The notes beneath the pieces were generated by a model, which did not search any database, was not told where the DNA came from, and worked only from the letters and a program-made list of their open reading frames with translations. Positions 1-8,751 of a stretch of DNA of 32,000 nucleotides are shown here, piece by piece. Position 1 is the first letter of the stretch. Each line of letters begins with the position of its first letter. Both the position numbers and the translations under genes were made by a program. This DNA is from a bacterium (GTDB lineage: Bacteria; UBP7; UBA6624; JBBIMK01), in NCBI GenBank assembly GCA_037444445.1, contig JBBIMK010000001.1, positions 180,001-212,000 on the forward strand. The letters are read 5' to 3'.

Positions 1-1070
1 ATAGTGCCCACCACCAGTTGTACCGGGCTTTTTATCTGGGTTCGGTAAGCCTTATCCGAGTAGAAAGCCTCGGATTGGAGGATAGCCCGCACGAGGGGCT
101 TCAATTCATAATGATTTTCCCGGAAAATTCCGGCCATTTGTTCTATCAGTTCCGGTTCTGGATTGGGATAAGCAAAGAACTCAAACAATTTTCTTGAAAT
201 AAAGCGGGCTGTAACCGGTTGCTCCAGAATAATGTCAATAATGTCTGTGCCGTCAAAATTTCCTGCTCTGCCCAGGAAAGTTTTCTCTCCATAGTCATGC
301 CACGGAGGGCGGAAAATAAATTCGTCCCCGAATCGTTCAAAGGTCCAGCCCGTAAATGCCCTTGCCGCCTGTTTCACATCTTCATCCGTATAATTCCCGA
401 TGCCCATAGAAAAAAGTTCCATCAGTTCCCGTGCATAGTTTTCATTGGGATGCTCTTTACGACTTGTATTGTTATCTAAATACCGAAGCATTGCCGGGTC
501 TCTGGATATTCCGATTAAAATCTCACGGAAATTGCCCAGGGCATTTTTGCGAAAGAATTCATTCTGTTGATGCATGTGACGGGCGTTTTCCACATCCCTT
601 GCTGAAGAAGTGAGATGCCCGTGCCAGAAAAGGGTCATTTTTTCCTGGAGTGGACGACGAGTCTGAATCATTCTCCGAATCCAGAGGGAAACCGATTCCG
701 CCATAGCCTGGCGATTCGCCCGCTGAAGTTCCTGAAATAGTTTCCGAAACTCGGGGTCATCTCTCGGCTTCTGCCCAAAGCCCAGCGCCTGGGCGGTGCG
801 CTTTTCCAGAAGTTCTTTTTTCAGCCGGTCTACCTCACTGAAGTCCACTTCTGGAAAATCCTCTGTAAACTTTTCATAATTCACAATTTCATCTATACTT
901 TTCTCATAACCGATTTTCACCAGGTGCTCTACCTCTTCCGGTTTTCCACCGAATCCAGCACGATTCAACAGATGGGCTGCCTTATATTTATCCCAGGGAT
1001 TTGAAGAATCGGGCTTGTAAGATTCAAGGGAACCCGCTCGTACCCATCCCTCTGCACTGGCTATTGTCAT
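1..1070 (-). CDS. DUF1800-family protein, N-terminal ~356 codons (C-terminus lies beyond the window start)
   Basis: It is absent from the ORF track because it runs off the left edge. My own minus-strand translation from ATG (1070-1068) stays open to position 1: MTIASAEGWVRAGSLESYKPDSSNPWDKYKAAHLLNRAGFGGKPEE...KMTLFWHGHLTSS...HPNENYARELMELFSMGIGNYTDEDV. As I recall, the LLNRAGFG, FWHGH and NENYARELMELF blocks are DUF1800 hallmarks. An AAGGTGAG SD-like element lies just upstream. Confidence 0.7.
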   Translation of the reverse strand, partial: MTIASAEGWVRAGSLESYKPDSSNPWDKYKAAHLLNRAGFGGKPEEVEHLVKIGYEKSIDEIVNYEKFTEDFPEVDFSEVDRLKKELLEKRTAQALGFGQKPRDDPEFRKLFQELQRANRQAMAESVSLWIRRMIQTRRPLQEKMTLFWHGHLTSSARDVENARHMHQQNEFFRKNALGNFREILIGISRDPAMLRYLDNNTSRKEHPNENYARELMELFSMGIGNYTDEDVKQAARAFTGWTFERFGDEFIFRPPWHDYGEKTFLGRAGNFDGTDIIDIILEQPVTARFISRKLFEFFAYPNPEPELIEQMAGIFRENHYELKPLVRAILQSEAFYSDKAYRTQIKSPVQLVVGT

Positions 1071-1191
1071 TTTCTCTCACCTTCCCAGCACAGTCTTTTC
1101 TGTGCCTCGCTTACTATTAACCACAATGGGTAGAAAAAGTTTCACCTGTAAAAGGCAGGATAAGTGGGAAGGCGGGATGGAAAGATGTGGG

Positions 1192-1749
1192 CTACAATCC
1201 GAGGTCAGAGCGGATGGATTGCATGGCGGTGATGCAGTTCTGAATATGCTCCTCCAGAGGGATGCCAAGCTCTTCAGCACCGTGCAGGATGTCTTGCCTG
1301 TTCACCGCCCGTGCAAAGGCTTTTTCCTTCATTTTTTTCTTCACCGAATCCACATCCACTTCCAGGAGAGATTTGCTGGGTTTCACAAGGGCAATGGCAA
1401 TGATAAAGCCGGTAAGTTCATCGCAGGCGTAAAGGCACTTCTGAACGAGAGTAGTTCTTTCAACACCCGATTTCTCAGTAAAATGAGAGAGAATGGTCTG
1501 AATCAGGTTCTCTGAATATCCGAGGGCCCGAAGAATTTCCGCTCCCTTTACAGGGTGTTCGTCCGGGAATCGCTCATAATCAAAGTCGTGAAGAAGGCCA
1601 GCCATGCTCCAGAATTCTTCATCTTCACCTAATTTACGGGCATAAAACCTCATGCAGGCTTCTACCGAGAGCATATGCTTTCGCATGCGGTCATTCTCGG
1701 TAAACTTCCGTATTAAAGAAAGGGCCTCCTGCCGGGATGGGATTCGCAT
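1192..1749 (-). CDS. HD-domain metal-dependent phosphohydrolase (short stand-alone HD/HDIG type)
   Basis: 185-aa ORF. The His...His-Asp signature is present (KHMLSVEA ... GLLHDFDYERFPDEHP). The size and overall pattern fit small HD-superfamily hydrolases. Confidence 0.8.
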   Translation of the reverse strand: MRIPSRQEALSLIRKFTENDRMRKHMLSVEACMRFYARKLGEDEEFWSMAGLLHDFDYERFPDEHPVKGAEILRALGYSENLIQTILSHFTEKSGVERTTLVQKCLYACDELTGFIIAIALVKPSKSLLEVDVDSVKKKMKEKAFARAVNRQDILHGAEELGIPLEEHIQNCITAMQSIRSDLGL

Positions 1750-1820
1750 ACCGCTACATACAATAAAAGGTAATTATTAGAAAATCAACCTGGAAGTGAG
1801 AGAAAAAGATAGAGGCGCTT

Positions 1821-2177
1821 CTATTTACCACCCGGTGGGCGCATGCCGCCTTCCATCATAGGATGGGAGCCTGGGGGCATGATTTCCAGTTGAACTTCCT
1901 TCTTTTTCTCCAGCGTTTTTGCATCATACTGGATGAGTTTGCCACCGGCGAGGATATAAACGAAGGAAGCGTTGGCGGCAATCATAGCGGGGGGCCCACC
2001 CACGGGCATAGGTCCACCCATAGGGGGCATCGGCTGAGCCATCCCCCCGCCCATACCAGTGACTTCCCGGGCTTGCAGGGCGCGGCCGGTATAATAACCC
2101 GCTGAGAAACCACTTGTTAGATTTACTACGGCAATAAAAATCGCCAGAATCACCAGAGTGAAAATTTTCCTTTTCAT
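1821..2177 (-). CDS. Small secreted Met/Gly/Pro-rich protein of unknown function
   Basis: 118-aa ORF with a classic signal peptide (MKRKIFTLVILAIFIAVVNLTSGFSA). A GGAGG SD lies about 8 nt upstream of the ATG. Two low-complexity Met-rich tracts (GMGGGMAQPMPPMGGPMPVGG and MPPGSHPMMEGGMRPPGG) flank a short beta-like core (FVYILAGGKLIQYDAKTL). Confidence 0.6.
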   Translation of the reverse strand: MKRKIFTLVILAIFIAVVNLTSGFSAGYYTGRALQAREVTGMGGGMAQPMPPMGGPMPVGGPPAMIAANASFVYILAGGKLIQYDAKTLEKKKEVQLEIMPPGSHPMMEGGMRPPGGK

Positions 2178-2237
2178 CTTTCACGCCTCCACCTGTAATT
2201 ATAGAACAGAGAAGCCGAACCCATACATCAGAATTTC

Positions 2238-4331
2238 CTAAAGAGGGTTTCTTTCCTCCGGGAATTGCAAGCGGTAAAGATTATAATAAAATCCTTGCTT
2301 TTCCAGGAGAGAGGAGTGAGTGCCTTCCTCCACGATACGTCCCTTGTGAAGAACCAGAATCTTATCGGCATTTTTGATGGTGGATAAGCGATGGGCAATG
2401 ACGAAAGAGGTTCTCCCCTTTAACAGGAGTTTCAGGGCTTCCTGTATATGCTTCTCCGTATCCGGGTCCACACTGGAAGTAGCCTCATCCAGGATGAGAA
2501 TTTTAGGGTTAAAGGCGAATGCCCGAGCGAAAACGAGGAGTTGCTTTTGACCGACGGAAAGCGTGGCACCTCGCTCCTGAACGGGCTCATCATATTGACG
2601 AGGCAAGGAATGGATAAAATGGGAAGCGCCCACTGCTTCTGCGGCACTCCGCGCTTGCTCTACCGTAATACTTTTTCGGTTCAGGCGGATATTTTGCAAA
2701 ATATCCGTAGAAAACAAGAATACATCTTGCGTAACGATTGCCATAAAGGAACGAAGGGATTTCTGGGGTATATCCCGTATGTCAACCCCATCAATCAGAA
2801 TTCTTCCTCGCACCGGGTCGTAGAAACGGAGCAGGAGATTCGTGATGGTGGTTTTCCCCGCACCCGTAGGGCCCACGAGGGCAACCGTTTGCCCGGGTTT
2901 CACCCGGAATGAAACATCTCTCAGTACATCCATTATGCCATCATAAGTATGCGATACATTCTGGAAAACCACCTCTCCCTGGAGGTGTTCTGGTATTTTT
3001 CCCGCGGGAGACTCTGGAATGAATTCCTTCACATCCAGCAGAGAGAAAATTTTTTCAGCGGCAGCCATGGCAGACTGGAGAACATTATATTTTTCTGCTA
3101 AATCAGCAATGGGAGCAAAAAACATCTGCGTGTAAGCGAAAAAAGCCACCAGCGACCCAACCGTGAGTTCGCCCCGAATCACCTGATGACCCCCGAAATA
3201 CATCACCAGTCCAACGGCAAGATAACTTAAAAAATTAATGAAAGGGTGAAACGAGGAAAATAGAAGTATCTGTCGCATATTGGCCTGATAGGCTTCCCGA
3301 TTTAACCTCTGGAAACGAGTTTGATTTACCTTTTCTCTCAAAAAGAGTTTGATGACACGAATACCCGATAAACTTTCAGACAGATAAGCATTGATTTCAG
3401 CAATTTTTCGTCGGATAACCCGGTTGGCTGACCAGGCCTTCGCCCGGAAAATCAGAGCAATCACCAGAAGAAAAGGTGCCAGAATCAGTATCCAGAGAGA
3501 TAGACGCCAATTGAAATGAAGGAGCACGAACAGGATTCCAGCGACGAAAAAAATATCCTTGAAGAAAGTCACCAGCACGAGAGTGAAGAACTCGCTGAGG
3601 GCTTCAGCATCATTGGTCAGGCGGGTCACCAGACGCCCGACCGGATTTCGTGTGAAAAAAGAAATGGATAGATTCATCAAATGATTCAACAGCGTCAGAC
3701 GGATATTCTGGATGACCCCCTGTCCTATCCACTGGAGAATCACCGCAAGGTAAACATTCACAAAAAAATTCCCTATCAGGAACAAGAGAAAAAGCATGGA
3801 GAGGAAAAGTAGACCCCGATAATCATTTTTCCTAAGAAACCATACATCGGAGGAGGAGAGATTTTTTAAATCAGCGTAAGGAATGACGAGAATATCCTGG
3901 GTGAAAAATGCGGTGGGCACACTTTTCACTTTGCTGATGAGGGCCTCCCATTCCTCCGGGGGCAGGTCTCTTTTATACAGGTAGTAAGAGGAAACAGAGT
4001 TCCGAGCATCTGCTGAAGCACGATGACTACCCGTGGGAATAAGAATAGAACGGGGTGGAAGAAAAATGGCTTCTGGAATGGCGCGCAATTTCTGCCTTGC
4101 CTCCTCCTCACCGGGATAAGAAATGACATCCGCATGTTTTAAAATTTTCTGGTCTATTGCTTCTTTCGTTATATACGGAAGCGCCAGTTCCAGCCCCGCG
4201 CTGAATAAAGACAGGAGGAGAACCAGTAAAAAGGGTAAAAGATAGGGACGAAGGAAAGCAAACAATCGGAGAAAAAGCCGAAGGTCATAACGAATTTCCA
4301 GGGACTCAAACTCATCAGGCGGGTAGGTCAT
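2238..4331 (-). CDS. ABC exporter permease/ATPase fusion, subunit B of a heterodimer (consensus Walker B, degenerate signature)
   Basis: 697-aa ORF. Motifs: Walker A GPTGAGKTT, Q-loop VTQDVFLF, signature LSVGQKQLL (deviates from LSGGQ), Walker B ILILDEATSSVD, H-loop IAHR. The start overlaps the upstream subunit stop by 4 nt. A roughly 110-aa insertion sits between TM1 and TM2. Confidence 0.9.
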   Translation of the reverse strand: MTYPPDEFESLEIRYDLRLFLRLFAFLRPYLLPFLLVLLLSLFSAGLELALPYITKEAIDQKILKHADVISYPGEEEARQKLRAIPEAIFLPPRSILIPTGSHRASADARNSVSSYYLYKRDLPPEEWEALISKVKSVPTAFFTQDILVIPYADLKNLSSSDVWFLRKNDYRGLLFLSMLFLLFLIGNFFVNVYLAVILQWIGQGVIQNIRLTLLNHLMNLSISFFTRNPVGRLVTRLTNDAEALSEFFTLVLVTFFKDIFFVAGILFVLLHFNWRLSLWILILAPFLLVIALIFRAKAWSANRVIRRKIAEINAYLSESLSGIRVIKLFLREKVNQTRFQRLNREAYQANMRQILLFSSFHPFINFLSYLAVGLVMYFGGHQVIRGELTVGSLVAFFAYTQMFFAPIADLAEKYNVLQSAMAAAEKIFSLLDVKEFIPESPAGKIPEHLQGEVVFQNVSHTYDGIMDVLRDVSFRVKPGQTVALVGPTGAGKTTITNLLLRFYDPVRGRILIDGVDIRDIPQKSLRSFMAIVTQDVFLFSTDILQNIRLNRKSITVEQARSAAEAVGASHFIHSLPRQYDEPVQERGATLSVGQKQLLVFARAFAFNPKILILDEATSSVDPDTEKHIQEALKLLLKGRTSFVIAHRLSTIKNADKILVLHKGRIVEEGTHSSLLEKQGFYYNLYRLQFPEERNPL

Positions 4332-6175
4332 GGCGGGGATTTCACCCCTGACTCCCTTTTTTCTATCTGGAGAGTCTGACGAAATAACTTTTCTTCCATC
4401 GCTTGAAATTCAAACATCCGGGCGTAGATACCCCCCATCCGGAGGAGTGTAGTATGGTCGCCGTATTCAACCACTCTGCCCTTTTCCAGAACGGCGATAT
4501 GAGGAAAATCCTTGAGGACAGAAATGCGGTGAGTAATGACGACCGTGGTGGCGATTTGAAATACAGGCTGTAAATTTTTCAATATCCTGGATTCTGTCTC
4601 AGAATCCACCGCGGAGAGGGCATCATCCAGAATTAAGATTTTCGGGTGCATCAGGAGGGCACGGGCGAGAGCAATCCTCTGGCGTTGACCACCGGAGAGA
4701 GTCAGCCCTCGTTCGCCCACGATGGTGGAATACCCCTGGGGAAACGAGAGGATTTCCTCGTGAATCTCCGCCAACTGCGATACCCGAACAATTTCAGAGA
4801 AATGCGTGCTCGGATTACCAAAGGCGATATTTTCTTTCACGGAATCTGAGAACAGAAAAGTTTCTTGAGGAACGCAAGCAATGCCAGACCTCAAGGCATA
4901 TAAGGGGTACCGGAGGATGTCGGTGCGGTCGATAAAGATGGTCTGTTCAGGAGGTGTGAACAGGCGAGTTAAAAGAGCAACCAGAGTAGATTTACCGGCT
5001 CCTGTTCTCCCCACGATGCCCAGAGGCTCTCCAGGCTTGACGGATAAAGTGATGTCATTTAGCACCGGCGTGTCTCTACCGTCATAGTAGAATGTGAGAT
5101 GGTGAATATCCAGGGTGCCTTGATGAATCTGCGTGGGAAGATGAAGCGAATCTGCACGGGGTTCTGATGAAAAGATGTGGGGTTCCTGGCTAACCGAAAG
5201 CAAATCCTGTATCCGGGTCAAAGAAGCCATACCGCGCTGGTAAAGATTGACGACCCAGCCGGTTGCCATCATGGGCCAGATAAGGAAGCCCAGATAGGTA
5301 TTCAAAGCCACAAAATCGCCCAGAGAGACTTGATTCAGGAGGGTCATACGACCACCAAAAATGAGGAGAAGTGTCGTGGAGAGCCCGGAAATCATCGCAA
5401 TAGCAGGACCGAAAGCCCCGGATATTTTGATGAGGTCCATCTGGCAGGTCCGATACTGTTCATGGATTTTCCGAAATTCCTGATATTCTCCCTCCTCCTG
5501 CACATAGGCTTTAATGACGCGAATTCCAGAGACAATTTCCTCCGCTTTGCTGGTGAGAAGTGAGAAAATGTCCTGCACTTTTCTGAACCGTTTATAGATG
5601 AGACGCCCCAGAAAAAAGGACAAAATACCCAGTGCAGGAAGAGGAATCAACAAAATCAAGGTCAAACGCACATGAATCAGAAACATCATCAGGATAGTAG
5701 CGGCAGACCAGATAACCGCATCTACAAGGGCAATCAGAGATACACCCGCCATTTCTCGCACTGCGGCTATATCATTCGTGGAGTGTGCCATCAGGTCTCC
5801 CACCTTATGAACATCGTAGAATTTCACCGGCAGATTGAGAAAATGCCAATATAAAAGATTTCTCATTTCTTCCTCTATCTTTCTGGAGGTTCCAAAAAGA
5901 TAGAATCTCCAGGAGAATCGGAAGAGCACAATAGATGTAGCAATTCCTAAAATTTCTAAAAAGTAAATCCAGAGGTGGGCAGTGGTAAGCCTGACCGCAA
6001 TGTCATCTATGGCGGAACGAATGACACGCGGGATGAGCAATTGAACCGCATCTACCGCCAGGAGAGCCATTAATCCTAATAAAACCCACAGGCGATGCTT
6101 CCATAAATAACCTCCCATCATTTTCCAGGTGGTGGGTAATTTCATCGTCCAACATATATTAAAGGGAACATCCAC
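4328..6175 (-). CDS. ABC exporter permease/ATPase fusion, subunit A of a heterodimer (degenerate Walker B)
   Basis: 615-aa ORF with a hydrophobic N-terminal half followed by an NBD. Motifs: Walker A GRTGAGKST, Q-loop VPQETFLF, signature LSGGQRQR, Walker B ILILDDALSAVD (Asp in place of the catalytic Glu), H-loop ITHR. The start is uncertain: GTG 6175, ATG 6145 or ATG 6121 are all in frame, and none has a strong SD. Confidence 0.9.
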   Translation of the reverse strand: MDVPFNICWTMKLPTTWKMMGGYLWKHRLWVLLGLMALLAVDAVQLLIPRVIRSAIDDIAVRLTTAHLWIYFLEILGIATSIVLFRFSWRFYLFGTSRKIEEEMRNLLYWHFLNLPVKFYDVHKVGDLMAHSTNDIAAVREMAGVSLIALVDAVIWSAATILMMFLIHVRLTLILLIPLPALGILSFFLGRLIYKRFRKVQDIFSLLTSKAEEIVSGIRVIKAYVQEEGEYQEFRKIHEQYRTCQMDLIKISGAFGPAIAMISGLSTTLLLIFGGRMTLLNQVSLGDFVALNTYLGFLIWPMMATGWVVNLYQRGMASLTRIQDLLSVSQEPHIFSSEPRADSLHLPTQIHQGTLDIHHLTFYYDGRDTPVLNDITLSVKPGEPLGIVGRTGAGKSTLVALLTRLFTPPEQTIFIDRTDILRYPLYALRSGIACVPQETFLFSDSVKENIAFGNPSTHFSEIVRVSQLAEIHEEILSFPQGYSTIVGERGLTLSGGQRQRIALARALLMHPKILILDDALSAVDSETESRILKNLQPVFQIATTVVITHRISVLKDFPHIAVLEKGRVVEYGDHTTLLRMGGIYARMFEFQAMEEKLFRQTLQIEKRESGVKSPP

Positions 6176-6185
6176 TTCTCGTCAA
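6156..6185 (-). promoter_or_regulatory. Candidate sigma70-type promoter for the ABC exporter operon
   Basis: The minus strand reads TTGACG (6185-6180), an 18-nt spacer, then TAATAT (6161-6156). If real, transcription would start near 6149. That would exclude the GTG 6175 start and favour ATG 6145 (near-leaderless) or ATG 6121. Confidence 0.3.
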
Positions 6186-6267
6186 ATACTATGGAATACC
6201 CTCTATGCATCTTCCATTCCAGTGAGGGAGGCTCCCAATTATGCAAGGGTGAAATCACACAGGAGAG

Positions 6268-6296
6268 TTGACAGAGGAGCAAGAATAAGGTATCAT
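6268..6296 (+). promoter_or_regulatory. Candidate sigma70-type promoter of the rpsP supraoperon
   Basis: TTGACA (6268-6273), a 17-nt spacer, then TATCAT (6291-6296). This is followed by AGGAGGA and the rpsP GTG at 6321. It sits in the only sizeable non-coding gap (6176-6320), between divergent operons. Confidence 0.55.
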
Positions 6297-6320
6297 AATG
6301 AAGATAGGAGGAAACGAAAG

Positions 6321-6599
6321 GTGGCAGTAAGAATCCGATTAATGAGGGTGGGGAAGAAGAAAGCCCCCGCTTACCGGGTAGTTGTAGCAGACCGGCGGGA
6401 AAAGAGAACGGGAAAATACTTAGAGAAGATAGGGTTTTATAGCCCGGTCCTCCCGGGGAAACCCCTGGAGATAAACCAGGAGCGCCTGTCCTACTGGCTT
6501 TCCAGAGGAGCGGAAGTGAGCCCGACCGCTCGCAAACTAATCAGACGGGCTGAGAAAAATTCCACAGTGAATCCCACCACAGGAGGTGTAGAGAAGTGA
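6321..6599 (+). CDS. rpsP: 30S ribosomal protein S16
   Basis: The conserved N-terminus (M)AVRIRLMRVGKKKAPAYRVVVADRREKRTGKYLEKIGFYSP begins at GTG 6321, about 6 nt after AGGAGGA. The track ORF start at 6129 adds 64 non-homologous residues and overlaps the promoter, so I trimmed it. Confidence 0.92.
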   Translation: MAVRIRLMRVGKKKAPAYRVVVADRREKRTGKYLEKIGFYSPVLPGKPLEINQERLSYWLSRGAEVSPTARKLIRRAEKNSTVNPTTGGVEK

Positions 6600-6823
6600 G
6601 AGAACTTCTAACAACCATAGCGAAGGCACTCGTGGATCATCCCGAGAGTGTGGAGGTCCGAGAAGTGAACGGGGAACGGTCCATTATCCTGGAACTGAGA
6701 GTTCATCCCGAGGATGTGGGAAAGGTCATCGGTAGGGGAGGACGAATTATTGAGGCTCTGCGTACCGTGGTGAAGGCCTCCGCTGCAAAACAGCAGAAAA
6801 AGGTTTCCGTCGAAATCGTGTAA
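6596..6823 (+). CDS. KH-domain RNA-binding protein (YlqC/UPF0109 family)
   Basis: 75 aa. The GxxG KH loop is present (VIGRGGRIIEALRTVV). It has a GTGA start/stop overlap with rpsP and occupies the canonical position after rpsP. Confidence 0.85.
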   Translation: MRELLTTIAKALVDHPESVEVREVNGERSIILELRVHPEDVGKVIGRGGRIIEALRTVVKASAAKQQKKVSVEIV

Positions 6824-6871
6824 GAGTTCTCGCTCTATCCGGTAGGACTGGCTCTCTATAGCGCAGCGAAA

Positions 6872-7645
6872 ATGGATATTGATGTTGTAACTGTTTTACC
6901 GGAATTTATTGAAGCATGGCGTCAAATCAAGTTGATTCAGAGAGGGATAGAAAGGGGGGTATTCACGGTGCGGATACATTCTCTTCGTCATTACACTCAT
7001 GACCTGCACCGGACTGTGGATGATTATCCGTATGGGGGCGGAGCAGGAATGGTCATGAAACCCGAACCTTTCTTTGAAGCCGTGGAAGACCTCCAGAAGC
7101 AATTCCATCCGAAAGGTAAAGTGATTCTTCTGACCCCTCGGGGAACGCCGTTCACACAATCCATTGCCAGTCAGTTAGCGGAAGAACCCCGGCTGATTTT
7201 TCTCTGCGGGCGGTATGAAGGCGTAGATGAACGGGTTCACCGTTATCTAACCGACGAGGAAATTTCCCTCGGAGATTTCATTCTGATGGGAGGAGAGATT
7301 CCTGCTCTGGCTGTGATAGAAAGTATCATTCGCCTTCTCCCCGGACTCATTGAAAAAGATTCTATCGTGGAAGAATCTTTCACGGCCGGGTATCTGGAAT
7401 ATCCCCACTTCACGCGCCCCCAGGAGTACCGGGGAATGAAGGTCCCCGAGATTCTGGTGAGTGGCAACCACGAAAAGGTGAGGCTCTGGCGGATGAAAGA
7501 AGCCCTGCGATTGACCCACAAGAAGCGCCCTGATTTGCTCATGCGACGCACCCTTTCCCCGGAAGAAAAAAAAATGATGCAAGAAATCATGGAGGAGGAA
7601 GAATCCCATGAACGAAAAACCACAGGACAACTTCCGACCCGGTGA
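6872..7645 (+). CDS. trmD: tRNA (guanine37-N1)-methyltransferase
   Basis: 257 aa with TrmD blocks: [54 protein letters not shown] and LEYPHFTRP. Confidence 0.95.
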   Translation: MDIDVVTVLPEFIEAWRQIKLIQRGIERGVFTVRIHSLRHYTHDLHRTVDDYPYGGGAGMVMKPEPFFEAVEDLQKQFHPKGKVILLTPRGTPFTQSIASQLAEEPRLIFLCGRYEGVDERVHRYLTDEEISLGDFILMGGEIPALAVIESIIRLLPGLIEKDSIVEESFTAGYLEYPHFTRPQEYRGMKVPEILVSGNHEKVRLWRMKEALRLTHKKRPDLLMRRTLSPEEKKMMQEIMEEEESHERKTTGQLPTR

Positions 7646-7952
7646 TACAGTGAAGGTCTACTTCCGAGTGAAGGAAGGAGAAAAAGAACGGGACCAGATA
7701 TTTCAAGGAGTAGTAATTGCCAAAAAGCACGGGGCAGAGCCTGGAGCCACGTTTACGGTTCGCAAAATTTCGTTTGGTATAGGAGTGGAGCGTGTGTTTC
7801 CTCTTTCCTCTCCCCTGCTGAGTAAAGTGGAAGTGGTCAGGAAAGGGAAAGTTCGGCGAGCCAAGCTTTTTTACCTCAGGGAGAAGAAAGGGAAAGCCAG
7901 TAGAATCAGAGAAAAACGGCTACCCGTGCCTGCTGAGGGTGAAGCAGAGTGA
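7608..7952 (+). CDS. rplS: 50S ribosomal protein L19
   Basis: 114 aa with [32 protein letters not shown]...[21 protein letters not shown]. The start overlaps the trmD tail by 38 nt. The N-terminus is shorter than in typical L19. Confidence 0.93.
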   Translation: MNEKPQDNFRPGDTVKVYFRVKEGEKERDQIFQGVVIAKKHGAEPGATFTVRKISFGIGVERVFPLSSPLLSKVEVVRKGKVRRAKLFYLREKKGKASRIREKRLPVPAEGEAE

Positions 7953-8749
7953 CCGGACAATCCAGGCTGGCTTACCGCTTCCCCGCTAACGGTCAACACC
8001 ATCCCATCAGCCTGGAAGTGGATGGAGAGACCTTTTTGGAATCTACTATCGGTAGCCTCTGTCTTCCCGGAGAGTTGCGAAAAGTTAAAAAAGGTCGTCT
8101 TCGTCCAGTGAATGGGAAGATTCATTTCACAGTAACATCCTTAGAGCATGGTAAGGGTATGCTAATCCTGCATGGGAAAGAAAAGAAAGAGATTGAACTC
8201 GTTTGGACGCCCACAGTCCAGAGCATCTTCCTGGACTGGGCAGAATCCATCGTATTTGCTTTCCTGGCGTATTTTCTGATTCGGAGTTTTTTACTGGAAA
8301 CTTTCGTGATTCCCACAGGAAGCATGATACCCACCCTGAATCCTGGTGACCGGGTATTTGCATTGAAGTCCATCTACTGGTTTCGCAAGCCATATCGGGG
8401 AGAAATTGTGATTTTTAAGGCTCCACCGGAGCCGGATAAAAATTATGTCAAGCGTGTCATTGGGCTTCCGGGGGATGAAATTCGTATTTCCGACGGAGAA
8501 ACTTACATCAACGGACACCGGTTGAACGAACCTTATGTCCAGAATAAGCCTTTAGAGGATTTTCCGCCCGTAGTGGTTCCTGAGAATTCTCTTTTTGTAA
8601 TGGGGGACAATCGGCCCAACAGCCGAGACAGTCGTTACTGGAAATTTCTCCCGTTCAGAAATCTGGTGGGGAAACCGATTTTCCGCTTCTGGCCTCTGTG
8701 GCGGATTCAGGTTCTTAAAAGCTATCCCTTGCCAACGGGAAGCTTCTGA
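7949..8749 (+). CDS. lepB: Signal peptidase I with a ~95-aa N-terminal extension
   Basis: 266 aa. Motifs: catalytic Ser box [14 protein letters not shown], Lys box [13 protein letters not shown], box [14 protein letters not shown]. There is a single TM ([16 protein letters not shown]). The GTG start overlaps the rplS stop (GTGA) and has GAGGGTGA about 7 nt upstream. Confidence 0.85.
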   Translation: MTGQSRLAYRFPANGQHHPISLEVDGETFLESTIGSLCLPGELRKVKKGRLRPVNGKIHFTVTSLEHGKGMLILHGKEKKEIELVWTPTVQSIFLDWAESIVFAFLAYFLIRSFLLETFVIPTGSMIPTLNPGDRVFALKSIYWFRKPYRGEIVIFKAPPEPDKNYVKRVIGLPGDEIRISDGETYINGHRLNEPYVQNKPLEDFPPVVVPENSLFVMGDNRPNSRDSRYWKFLPFRNLVGKPIFRFWPLWRIQVLKSYPLPTGSF

Positions 8750-8751
8750 CT

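Noticed and set aside
1088-1105. Perfect 6-bp hairpin (GCACAG-6 nt-CTGTGC) between the HD gene stop and the DUF1800 start
   Set aside because: The stem is short and is not followed by a U-run on either strand. It is too small to call a terminator or riboswitch and could arise by chance.
1102-1515. 137-aa plus-strand ORF overlapping the HD hydrolase gene
   Set aside because: It lies antisense to the HD-domain ORF, which has a clear H...HD signature. There is no SD and no motifs.
6129-6320. 64-codon N-terminal extension of rpsP in the ORF track
   Set aside because: The extension has no similarity to S16. It runs through the divergent promoter region and overlaps the ABC gene start. The conserved S16 N-terminus begins at GTG 6321 behind AGGAGGA.
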